Source: a virus (Duplodnaviria > Caudoviricetes). From it: a DNA stretch of 25,479 nt. A program made the translations under genes and the position numbers. The stretch lies in the IMG/VR virus record IMGVR_UViG_3300012665_001208, positions 1-25,479 of that record; one strand, 5' to 3'. Positions 1-8,600 of this stretch are shown here, piece by piece. A model generated the notes under the pieces. That model ran no database searches and had not been told where the DNA came from. It saw nothing but the letters and a program-made list of their open reading frames with translations. Numbering within the stretch: the stretch's first letter is position 1; each line of letters starts with the position of its first letter.

Positions 1-1146
1 ACTAAAGGTTTTGATGATGATACTTTTGACACATATGTTCCAGAACTATCTGATAATGCAAATATTCAAAACGCACTAGAGTTATTTTATTATGGAAATT
101 CAGATGATGGAAATGCAAGAGGAGATGTAAGTCTTCATGCAACAATTGTAGATTTTGATACTAGAATTACTTCAACAACTTCTGGGCTATCTGGTCATAC
201 TGGAGCTATTTCAGATGTGCATGGTGTTGGTGCAGGAAATTCAGTTGTTGGAACTGGAACATCACAAACTCTTACAAATAAAACTTTAACTTCTCCAAAA
301 ATAAATGAAAATGTTTCACTTACTGCTACTTCAACTGAACTTAATTATGTTGATGGTGTAACTTCACCTATTCAAACTCAAATAGATACTAATACTCCAA
401 TTGGAATGATTTCAATACATGCTGGATCTTCTGCTCCAACAGGATGGTTGCTTTGTGATGGTACTTCCTATTCCACAACAACTTATGCAAATCTTTATGG
501 TGTTATTGGCTATACATTTGGTGGATCTGGATCAGCTTTTGCAGTTCCAAATTTAAAAGGAAGAGTAGTTGTTGGAATAGACGCTGCTCAGGCTTCTTTT
601 GATGCTCGTGGTGAAACTGGTGGAGCAATGACACATCAGCATACAATTGCTGAAAGTAGTGCAATTGCTTCAAGTAACCATGCTGGTCACACACACAATA
701 CTAACTCACATAGCCATGGAAATACTGTAAATCAAACTGGTGCTGGAGACCATTCACATAACACAAATCAAATTAACAATACTGGAAATGCTAACGCTGT
801 AAATCACAATCACGCAGATACACTTGCAACAGGAACTTCTAGTAGCAACCTTGGTACTCCACTTGGATCTAGTCAAAATGTGGCTAGTTCTGCACACTCT
901 CACACAGTCAATGGTAACGTTGATGGTGGTGGTGTAGATCACGATCATGCGATTACTCCTACAAATATAGCCAGTAATTCTGGAAATCATACCCACAGTG
1001 TTGGTGTGGCTACTAACAGTGATGCAACAGCTACAGCAGTTACTGATGGATCTCATAGCCATAATACGACTGTCCCACAGCACTCATCTGACTCTTTATC
1101 AAATCTACAGCCCTATATGGCTTTAAACTATATAATTAAGTTTTAG
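1..1146 (+). CDS. Tail fibre protein with phage tail-collar domain and HxH metal-binding tip (5' partial)
   Basis: Frame 1 is open from base 1 (TKGFDDDTFDTYVPEL...), so the gene starts upstream of the window, not at 217. It has the collar signature PIGMISIHAGSSAPTGWLLCDG...YANLYGVIGYTFGG...FAVPNLKGRVVVG, nine HxH motifs, and the C-terminal NLQPYMALNYIIK typical of collar-containing fibres. Confidence 0.85.
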   Translation, partial: TKGFDDDTFDTYVPELSDNANIQNALELFYYGNSDDGNARGDVSLHATIVDFDTRITSTTSGLSGHTGAISDVHGVGAGNSVVGTGTSQTLTNKTLTSPKINENVSLTATSTELNYVDGVTSPIQTQIDTNTPIGMISIHAGSSAPTGWLLCDGTSYSTTTYANLYGVIGYTFGGSGSAFAVPNLKGRVVVGIDAAQASFDARGETGGAMTHQHTIAESSAIASSNHAGHTHNTNSHSHGNTVNQTGAGDHSHNTNQINNTGNANAVNHNHADTLATGTSSSNLGTPLGSSQNVASSAHSHTVNGNVDGGGVDHDHAITPTNIASNSGNHTHSVGVATNSDATATAVTDGSHSHNTTVPQHSSDSLSNLQPYMALNYIIKF

Positions 1147-1154
1147 GAGGAATT

Positions 1155-1394
1155 ATGGCTACAAGTTTTAAAAAAGTTGATGGAATTACTAGAAGTCAGT
1201 CTAACGGCTACGATGTTTGGGAGCTTTCAAATACTTCTGGTGTAAGTCCAGAATTGATTGGATGGTATTTTGTACCAGAAGGTATAGATGGAAAAGAGTA
1301 TCATGATGCACTACTGAGTGCAGAAAATAAATTAATTGCTCTTGGATTAACTGATCTAGAAGTAAAAGCAATAATTGGAAGACAACTATTCTAA
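1155..1394 (+). CDS. Small hypothetical protein, probable tail-fibre-associated/chaperone protein
   Basis: AGGAGG SD overlaps the upstream stop. 79 aa ending in KLIALGLTDLEVKAII, directly after the fibre gene. Function is inferred from position. Confidence 0.6.
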   Translation: MATSFKKVDGITRSQSNGYDVWELSNTSGVSPELIGWYFVPEGIDGKEYHDALLSAENKLIALGLTDLEVKAIIGRQLF

Positions 1395-1402
1395 TATCAA
1401 TC

Positions 1403-1431
1403 TTGACAACTTTACACTTTTAAGATATACT
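1403..1431 (+). promoter_or_regulatory. Canonical sigma70/SigA promoter TTGACA-N17-TATACT
   Basis: TTGACA 1403-1408, 17-nt spacer, TATACT 1426-1431, in an intergenic gap 30 nt before ATG 1462. Confidence 0.8.
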
Positions 1432-1441
1432 TTACAAAGTA
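1428..1441. promoter_or_regulatory. Operator-like palindrome TACTTT-AC-AAAGTA overlapping -10/TSS
   Basis: Perfect 6-bp inverted repeat. A direct repeat ACTTTACA also occurs at 1409-1416 and 1429-1436. Confidence 0.4.
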
Positions 1442-1461
1442 CTATAGACAGGAGAATTATC

Positions 1462-1740
1462 ATGGTACTTAGTTTGACAAAATCGCAGAAAGAAATGCTG
1501 CAATCGTATGGTCGCTCATTTTTAGGTGCAGCACTTGCTTTATACATGGCAGGTAATACAGATGCTTATACATACCTATATGCTTTTGTAGCTGCATTTG
1601 CACCAGTTGCAATTCGTTACTTTAACAAGAATGATATCGCATTTGGAAGAATTTCTGGAAACTCAACCTCAGAAGAAGTTGCTACAGAAGTTGTTAAGGC
1701 AGTTAAGAAAGCTGCTGCAAAGAAAACAGAAAAGAAGTAA
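1462..1740 (+). CDS. Holin-like small membrane protein (92 aa)
   Basis: AGGAG SD at 1450-1454 favours ATG 1462 over the 1375 start in the ORF track. Two hydrophobic segments (SFLGAALALYMAG; YTYLYAFVAAFAPVAI) and a Lys-rich C-terminus (KKAAAKKTEKK). Confidence 0.6.
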   Translation: MVLSLTKSQKEMLQSYGRSFLGAALALYMAGNTDAYTYLYAFVAAFAPVAIRYFNKNDIAFGRISGNSTSEEVATEVVKAVKKAAAKKTEKK

Positions 1741-1748
1741 TAAAGCCC

Positions 1749-2840
1749 ATGCAAACTCCAACAATTGCTTTTCTAACTTATGACTGGTCATTTGGTGTAA
1801 AACCATTACAACCAAATGGCTGTGGTTGGTATAGATGTTATTTACCAATGAAGCAATTGAAGGAGCATGGCTGGGAAAGTGGAATTGGAATTCCAGGGTT
1901 TAGTGACGAACATGCTTTTGGTATTTTAATTCCAGAAGAAAAAGCAATACATGGTTGGGACATAGTTGTTTTAAAACTAATTATGCTTGAAAGATTTGTT
2001 GAACATGTCGCAAGAGCAAAAGAACTTGGTCAAAAAATTGTTGTAGATATTGATGATCATATGGAAGGTCTTGAAGAAACTAATCTTGCATATAAAACAA
2101 CTAGTCCAGATTCAAATCCAAATAATAATAGAGAGCACTATGTAAAAATTATTGAACAAGCAGATGCATTAATTACTTCTACCCCATTCTTAAAAGAATT
2201 TTATGAAAAAAAATATCCAGATAAGCCAATTTTTGTGGTTAGAAATGGCATTGATATTGAAAGATGGAATGTAAGAAAAGACCATAAAGGCTTCCTTCCA
2301 GTTTTTGGATGGGTAGGTGCAACACCTTGGAGATCTGGAGATCTAGAAACTCTTAACCCATTCTTTGGAAAGTTTCTAAAAGAAAAACATTTAAAGTTTC
2401 ATCATGCTGGTAATATTATTAATGCTCCAACAGCAGCTCAGCAAATTGGTATTGATAAAAATCTTTGTACAACAGAGCCAATGAAAACCATGCTGGGCGT
2501 TCCAGAGTTGTACAGAAAAATGGATGTTGGAATTGTTCCATTAAGAGATGTTCCATTTAATCATGCAAAGTCATATTTAAAAGGATTGGAAAATGCAGCA
2601 GCAGGTATTCCTTTTATAGCCTCTGGCGGATTACCAGAGTATCAATTACTTGCAGATGCTGGAGTTGGAAGAATTGCAAATACTCCAGATGAATGGATAG
2701 GTCATATGACAGACCTTTTAAATCCAAAAACTAGATTACAAGAAAGAATGGAGTCTCATAAAATTGTTTCTGAACAATTCTCTATGAAGCAAAGAGGCTA
2801 CGAATGGGACGAAGTTTTCAGAACAATTCTTGCGTTATAA
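1749..2840 (+). CDS. Glycosyltransferase, GT-B fold (GT4-like)
   Basis: GCGWYRCYLP, KIVVDIDD, ADALITSTPFL, VVRNGID, GWVGA, DVGIVPL..FN.AKS.LK.LE.AAAGIP.IAS motifs typical of phage GT4-like enzymes. Confidence 0.85.
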   Translation: MQTPTIAFLTYDWSFGVKPLQPNGCGWYRCYLPMKQLKEHGWESGIGIPGFSDEHAFGILIPEEKAIHGWDIVVLKLIMLERFVEHVARAKELGQKIVVDIDDHMEGLEETNLAYKTTSPDSNPNNNREHYVKIIEQADALITSTPFLKEFYEKKYPDKPIFVVRNGIDIERWNVRKDHKGFLPVFGWVGATPWRSGDLETLNPFFGKFLKEKHLKFHHAGNIINAPTAAQQIGIDKNLCTTEPMKTMLGVPELYRKMDVGIVPLRDVPFNHAKSYLKGLENAAAGIPFIASGGLPEYQLLADAGVGRIANTPDEWIGHMTDLLNPKTRLQERMESHKIVSEQFSMKQRGYEWDEVFRTILAL

Positions 2841-2841
2841 T
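2836..2841 (+). promoter_or_regulatory. -10 element for a probable leaderless transcript
   Basis: TATAAT followed 6 nt later by ATG 2848, with no SD. Confidence 0.55.
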
Positions 2842-2847
2842 ATATGT

Positions 2848-3378
2848 ATGGCTAAAATACATATAAAAAGTGATGAATACTCTAGTTTGGTTAAAGAATT
2901 TTTAGAAAAATATATTAGACAAGAAACACCCTATAATTTAACAGTACATGAATCAAATGCAGATTTTTGTGTTAGTCTTTTTACCCCAGAATATCCAGCA
3001 GAACAAAGATTCTTTGCATACATTTATAACAACGATGAAGCAATGGAAGAGCTGGCAAGTAAAATTTATTATCAATGTTCTAAGGCTGAAATTAGAGTCA
3101 ACAAGCTTTCTAAAAGATCTATGCCAAGAGATGAATATGAAATAGATTTTAAATGCCCTACGCTTTGTATCAATTTAACAAATGATTCAGTAGAGATAGA
3201 TGAAGAAGTATATGCTTTAGCAATTGGTCAAGGAATAGTTTCCTATCTTAATCCTGGAACTGTGTTTGATACATTTTCAGTAAAAGATAAAATTAAAAAA
3301 CCAGGAGATAAAAGTTTTGTTAATAGAAAATATGTTCAACAGCCAACAAATAATTCAAAGCTTTTATTTAAGAAGTAG
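2848..3378 (+). CDS. Amidase_3 (N-acetylmuramoyl-L-alanine amidase)-like protein, catalytic residues apparently lost
   Basis: Segments ADFCVSLF, EELASKIY, PTLCINL and ALAIGQGIVSYL match the order and character of the AmiC/CwlC-family patterns ADxFISIH, LAxxI, PAVLxE and AxAIxxGIxxY, but His and Glu are replaced. Start placed at ATG 2848. Confidence 0.5.
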   Translation: MAKIHIKSDEYSSLVKEFLEKYIRQETPYNLTVHESNADFCVSLFTPEYPAEQRFFAYIYNNDEAMEELASKIYYQCSKAEIRVNKLSKRSMPRDEYEIDFKCPTLCINLTNDSVEIDEEVYALAIGQGIVSYLNPGTVFDTFSVKDKIKKPGDKSFVNRKYVQQPTNNSKLLFKK

Positions 3379-3589
3379 ATAAAGAAATATAGCCTTTAAT
3401 TTTTTCTATCAAATTAATTCCTGGGTAAAAAGATGTTTGACATCCAAGGCAATAGAAAAATACTTTGTCACTACTGTCTACTTTAGAAACAACAGTATCA
3501 TCAGTATCAAACTTGCATTCTATCTTTAATGCTTTTCCATTTTTTACAAGATCGTTATAGTAATTAACCTCTTGAATTGTTAGATCCAT
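3368..3589 (-). CDS. Hypothetical protein, possible zinc-ribbon-like (73 aa)
   Basis: The only plausible minus-strand gene. It fills the gap between two + genes, has an AAGGAG SD and an upstream TGATAAAAT on the - strand, and contains a CLGC motif plus an upstream Cys. Confidence 0.75.
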   Translation of the reverse strand: MDLTIQEVNYYNDLVKNGKALKIECKFDTDDTVVSKVDSSDKVFFYCLGCQTSFYPGINLIEKIKGYISLSTS

Positions 3590-3611
3590 TTGCTTCTCCT
3601 TGAATACTAGT

Positions 3612-3638
3612 GTAGAATGTATCTATTACATTTTATCA
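3612..3638. promoter_or_regulatory. Interlocked bidirectional promoter pair (TAGAAT on +, TGATAAAAT on -)
   Basis: TAGAAT at 3613-3618 (+). The reverse complement of 3630-3638 is TGATAAAAT, identical to the element at 5603-5611. The two form the arms of an imperfect inverted repeat. Confidence 0.6.
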
Positions 3639-3655
3639 GAAGGACGTGTTACAAA

Positions 3656-5596
3656 ATGTCATTTATTGACTCCAACGGATCTATAACAGATCCATATCGC
3701 AACTTTATTCATATCTCAAGGTATGCTCGCTGGATTGAAAGCGAAAACCGTAGAGAAACGTGGGAGGAAACAGTTGACAGATATTGTAACTTTATGCGAG
3801 ATCACCTTGTACTAAATCATGGCTATAGTCCAAACGCAAAAGTATTTGGAGAAGTTAGAGATGCAATTTTAAATCATCACATAATGCCATCTATGAGGGC
3901 ACTGATGACCGCTGGACCAGCTTTAGAAAGAGACCACATCGCAGCATACAATTGTTCTTTTATTGCTGTAGACAGCCCTAGAGCCTTTGACGAGGCTATG
4001 TATATCCTTATGAACGGAACTGGAGTTGGTTTTAGTGTTGAACAAAAATATGTTAATCAATTACCAGTTATTGCAGAATCATTTTTCCAAACAAATACAA
4101 CTATTGTTGTTGATGATTCAAAACTTGGTTGGGCAAAAGCTTATAAAGAACTTATTGCACTTCTTTACCAAGGTCAGATTCCAAATTGGGATGTTTCAAA
4201 GGTTCGTCCTGCTGGAGCAAGACTAAAAGTATTTGGTGGAAGAGCATCTGGTCCAGATCCACTAGTAGATCTTTTTAACTTTACAATTGAAACATTTAAG
4301 TCTGCAGCAGGAAGGCGACTAAAGTCAATTGAAGCACATGACTTAATGTGTAAGATTGGAGAAGTTGTTGTTGTTGGTGGAGTTCGTAGAAGTGCTCTAA
4401 TCTCACTATCTAATCTAGATGACTTTGAAATGGCAAAGGCTAAGAGTGGTCAGTGGTGGGAAGGTAACGGTCAAAGAGCCCTAGCAAATAACTCTGCTGT
4501 TTATAACTCAAAGCCAAATACTGCTCAGTTCCTTCGTGAATGGAGAAATTTATACGAATCAAAGTCTGGTGAGCGTGGAATTTATAATATGGATTCTGTT
4601 CGTAAACACATTGATAAGTTTGGTCGTAGAGACTCTAGCCTTGTAGGTGGAACAAATCCTTGTGGAGAAATTCTTCTTCGTCCAAATGAATTTTGTAACC
4701 TAACAGAGGTTGTAATTGATGCAACTGATACAAAAGAAACTTTGCTAGAAAAAGTTAGACTTGCAACAATTCTTGGAACTTGGCAATCAACTCTAACTAA
4801 TTTTAAATACATTAGAAAAACATGGAAAGATAATTGCGAAGAAGAAAGACTTCTTGGTGTATCTTTGACAGGTATTTATGGAAATAAAATTACTGCTACA
4901 AATGGCAAAGCACTTGAAGCACTCCTTGATGAAATGAGAGATCTATCTGTTTCAGTAAATGACAAAGAGGCTAAGTCTTTGAACATTAACCCTTCAGTAT
5001 CAATTACTTGTGTAAAGCCTTCAGGAACTGTCTCACAGCTTACAGGAGTATCTTCTGGTATCCATCCATGGTATTCAGAATATTATGTAAGAAGCGTTAG
5101 AGCAGACAATAAAGATCCTCTAACTCAATTCTTAAAAGATTCTGGCATTCCTTTTGAACCAGATGTAATGAAGCCAGAAGCTACAACAGTTTTCTACTTC
5201 CCAATAAAGGCTCCAAAGAATGCAGTTATTACTAAAGATTTGACTGCAATCGATCACCTTGAAATGTGGAAAACATATAGAACACATTGGACAGAGCATA
5301 ATCCAAGTGTTACTGTTAATGTTGAAGAAGATGAGTGGATGCGTGTTGGTGCTTGGGTTTTTGATAACTTCGACTCAATTGGTGGGGTATCCTTCCTTCC
5401 AGCAGTAGAGCATTCTTATAAGCAAGCTCCGTATCAAGAAATATCTAAAGAAGAGTACGAATCTTGGGTAAGTAAGATGCCTGATTCAATTCGTTGGGAT
5501 ATGCTTTCACTATACGAAACAACAGATGGCACAACTGGAAGCCAAGAACTTTCTTGTGTTGCTGGTGCATGTGAAATTGTAGATATTACAAAGTAG
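3656..5596 (+). CDS. nrdJ: Class II (adenosylcobalamin-dependent) ribonucleotide reductase, monomeric RTPR-like (646 aa)
   Basis: RRETWEETVDR, MPSMRAL, YNCSF, GTGVGFS, VVGGVRRSA, GTNPCGEI (radical Cys loop), TCVKPSGT and the C-terminal CxxxxC (SCVAGACE). Start at ATG 3656 after an AAGGA SD. Confidence 0.93.
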   Translation: MSFIDSNGSITDPYRNFIHISRYARWIESENRRETWEETVDRYCNFMRDHLVLNHGYSPNAKVFGEVRDAILNHHIMPSMRALMTAGPALERDHIAAYNCSFIAVDSPRAFDEAMYILMNGTGVGFSVEQKYVNQLPVIAESFFQTNTTIVVDDSKLGWAKAYKELIALLYQGQIPNWDVSKVRPAGARLKVFGGRASGPDPLVDLFNFTIETFKSAAGRRLKSIEAHDLMCKIGEVVVVGGVRRSALISLSNLDDFEMAKAKSGQWWEGNGQRALANNSAVYNSKPNTAQFLREWRNLYESKSGERGIYNMDSVRKHIDKFGRRDSSLVGGTNPCGEILLRPNEFCNLTEVVIDATDTKETLLEKVRLATILGTWQSTLTNFKYIRKTWKDNCEEERLLGVSLTGIYGNKITATNGKALEALLDEMRDLSVSVNDKEAKSLNINPSVSITCVKPSGTVSQLTGVSSGIHPWYSEYYVRSVRADNKDPLTQFLKDSGIPFEPDVMKPEATTVFYFPIKAPKNAVITKDLTAIDHLEMWKTYRTHWTEHNPSVTVNVEEDEWMRVGAWVFDNFDSIGGVSFLPAVEHSYKQAPYQEISKEEYESWVSKMPDSIRWDMLSLYETTDGTTGSQELSCVAGACEIVDITK

Positions 5597-5602
5597 CCTC
5601 TA

Positions 5603-5611
5603 TGATAAAAT
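5603..5611 (+). promoter_or_regulatory. Extended -10 promoter TGATAAAAT within an inverted repeat
   Basis: TGn-TAAAAT in the 31-nt gap, flanked by GCCTCTAT (5596-5603) and GTAGAGGT (5615-5622). Confidence 0.6.
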
Positions 5612-5627
5612 AGGGTAGAGGTAATCT

Positions 5628-8600
5628 ATGTCCTATACACGTTCAAGTCTTTATGCTTCAAGAGTCTACGCAGAGCATCCAGTAGCTTTATGGGCTATGG
5701 ATGAGCCAAACTATTTTATTTCTTTAATTTCAGAATCAGAAAAAGAAATAACAGAGGCTAATTGGGATTTTGACAATGCTGTTAGAAATGCATCTGCAAC
5801 TTTTACATTAACTGGATATCCTTTTGACGACTTAGATGTAAATAAAATATATCTTGCTACAGCATCTGCAGCCACTATAGAATTTACAGTCTCTTTATCA
5901 TCTTCATTGTCTTATGTAGAGTTTGATCCAAATAAGGGTAGTGTGTGTGTATCTAATTATATTTACGTTCCTGAACAAACCTCTATTTTGTATACAGATA
6001 TAGGATTTACTGTAGACGGACAAGAGTCATATACAAGATACTCGTTCTTAAAAACAAATAACTGGGAAAAAATTTCTCATACAGAGCCAGTGCTTGGAGA
6101 AAGTTTTACTCCATTTATAAGAGTTGTGTTTGATCAAGATGTTGATGCTGGTGAAATAGACTCTTCTATTTATTTTAATGGAGTCTCTGTTGGACAGTGG
6201 TCTGAGCCTTATAACTCAATAAGCACTGGAATTTCTAGTGCATCTTTAGTTAACTTACCAAGTGGTATCAGCTCCTTAATAGATTACCCTGAAACAATAA
6301 AGTGCACAGTACTAGATCCTTATGGTCTAGGTGATAGTTCAGATAATGGATATGTTACATGTTTGAATAATTCTCTTTCTGCAAAACTATCAGGAATTCC
6401 GATGGTTTATGGATCTTCTGGAAATATTCAATTAAATAAAGATGGAATAGTTTTAACAGAATCAATTGACGGTTCTTCTTCAGAGCCAATTACTATTGAT
6501 GGAGGGTCTTCTTCATCTTCTTCTGCAGCATATGTAGAGTACATTGATGGAGGAGGGGCACTTGAATTTTTGTATCTAACAGAAAGTCAGTACTATAATT
6601 TCCCATCATTGGTGTTCCCTGGAAAAGGATTTTTAAATCAGTACGGTTATAATAAAACACTTACAGCAGAATTCTGGTTAAGAATTAGTCCTGAAACAAC
6701 TACAAGAAGAAGAATATTTGGACCACTTAGATCAGAAGATGGAATATATGTAGATAAAGACCTTATAACTGTAAATGTTGGAAAATATACAAAGTCTTAC
6801 TTTATTGGAAAATGGTATAGACCAATGTTGGTACATTTTTGCCAAAGTCCTAACGAAATTTTCTTAATGATTAATGGAGAGAAGGTTATATCTATTCCTA
6901 TTGACTCATTAAATATTTCAACTTTTCCACCAGAGTCTGAAGACTATCTAGGATTCTATGCAAATGAATTTATATATCTTTTTGAGTTAGATTCTTTTTC
7001 AATATTTCCATATGCAGTTCCAGAACAGGTAGCGAAAAAACGATATGTTTTTGGACAAGGCGTTGAGGAGCAAGAAAATATTGTTGCATCAAAAAATGGA
7101 GATCTTTCTTATGTAGACTTCCCTTTTTCGGGCTACAGCTCTACAGTCAGGTATCCAGATAGAAGTAAGTGGAATGATGCATTTTTTAATAATATAGTTG
7201 CAGATGAAAAAGGAATATCTTTACCAAAATATAAGTTACCAGAAATTTTATTTAATAACAATACAGCGTTAACAAATGCTCAAAAATCTTCAATTACTTC
7301 AGGATTTTATGAAGAAAATTATCAAATACAAGATGAAGAGTATCCTTATATTTCCATGGATCCTAATAATACATACATTGCAAATGGATCTTATGGAAGT
7401 ATATATTTTTCAAAATTAAATCAGACAAATGATGAAACAAGATCTGTTCATGCAATTTTAAAATCTTCAAGTGATGTTTCAACTAGACAGTCTTTAATCT
7501 ATATATCAAATAGTTTTGATGGAAATACTTTTGAAGTAGCAATTAATTCTGGAAGTATTCAATATATTTATAACGAAACTGTTTTAAATTCAGCATCTGT
7601 TGGAGCTACTTCTTATTTTGCAGTAGGAGTTGACTTTGAGAATTTTCAAGAAACATATTTTTCAACTGTTGGATCGTTTTTTTCAAGACCAGAAATTCTT
7701 TCTTTAAATTTTGCAGGAGATAGACAAGATGTTTTTCTAGGAAAAATATTTTCTTTAACATTGAACAATGACTTTTTTGTGGATAAGGATAGGAGTCAAA
7801 TATTTAATTCCTCTGGTATAGCGGTTAAAAATTTTGATAGTTCCCTCTATGAATATATTGGATCGTATACTCTGTTGCCAAAAACAACAAACACTTCAGT
7901 TATATTAGATATAGGAGTTTCTGGATACTGGGAAAATTCAATACCCCTATCCTACTTTGGAAAATACATAACTGAGGCTAATGGAAATTTAAAATATGAC
8001 TTAGATTTGCTTCAATTTAACATTGATACTCCAAGTTCAATATTTTCAAAATATAACCAAGAGTCTTCACAATATCAAGATTCTTTATCAACAAGTGTAT
8101 ATATTACTTTGCAAAATATGCTTGAAGTTGGTCAAGTAGTTTATACTCAATTTACAAATGAAGAAAATGTTGGAATGAATAGAATTTTAAATTTAGGAGA
8201 AATTACATCTCCAGAAGATACAAAATATAAGATTAATGATGGCACAATAATTTATCCACCAAAAGACGTTTCTGGATTTACCAATTATTATTTAACAATC
8301 CATATTGAAATTTCTTCTAAGGGAATAAATACAGAAGATATAAAAATTAAAAACATGGGATTGGCTGCATTGTCTTTTGACGAAGGTCAATTTTATTCTA
8401 TTAATACACCTGCTGTAGGAAAATTTTATCCAATAGTAAAAAATGAAGATCAGTATGTTTACAAGAGAAAGATTCCAGTTATTATTGATACAGAGTCTTC
8501 CCCATACCTATATCTATCAGGGGATTCTGGATTAGAAATTCTACCAGAAATTGATGAAAATTTAATTAAGGGTATTTCTGTTCCAATTAACCAAACTTTA

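Noticed and set aside
3590-3655. NrdR box upstream of nrdJ
   Set aside because: The palindromic sequence here does not fit the acaCwAtATaTwGtgt-type consensus and is better explained by two opposed -10 elements.
3656-5596. Intein or intron in the ribonucleotide reductase
   Set aside because: The ORF is continuous and compact (646 aa), with motifs at normal spacing and no splice-junction or homing endonuclease motifs seen.
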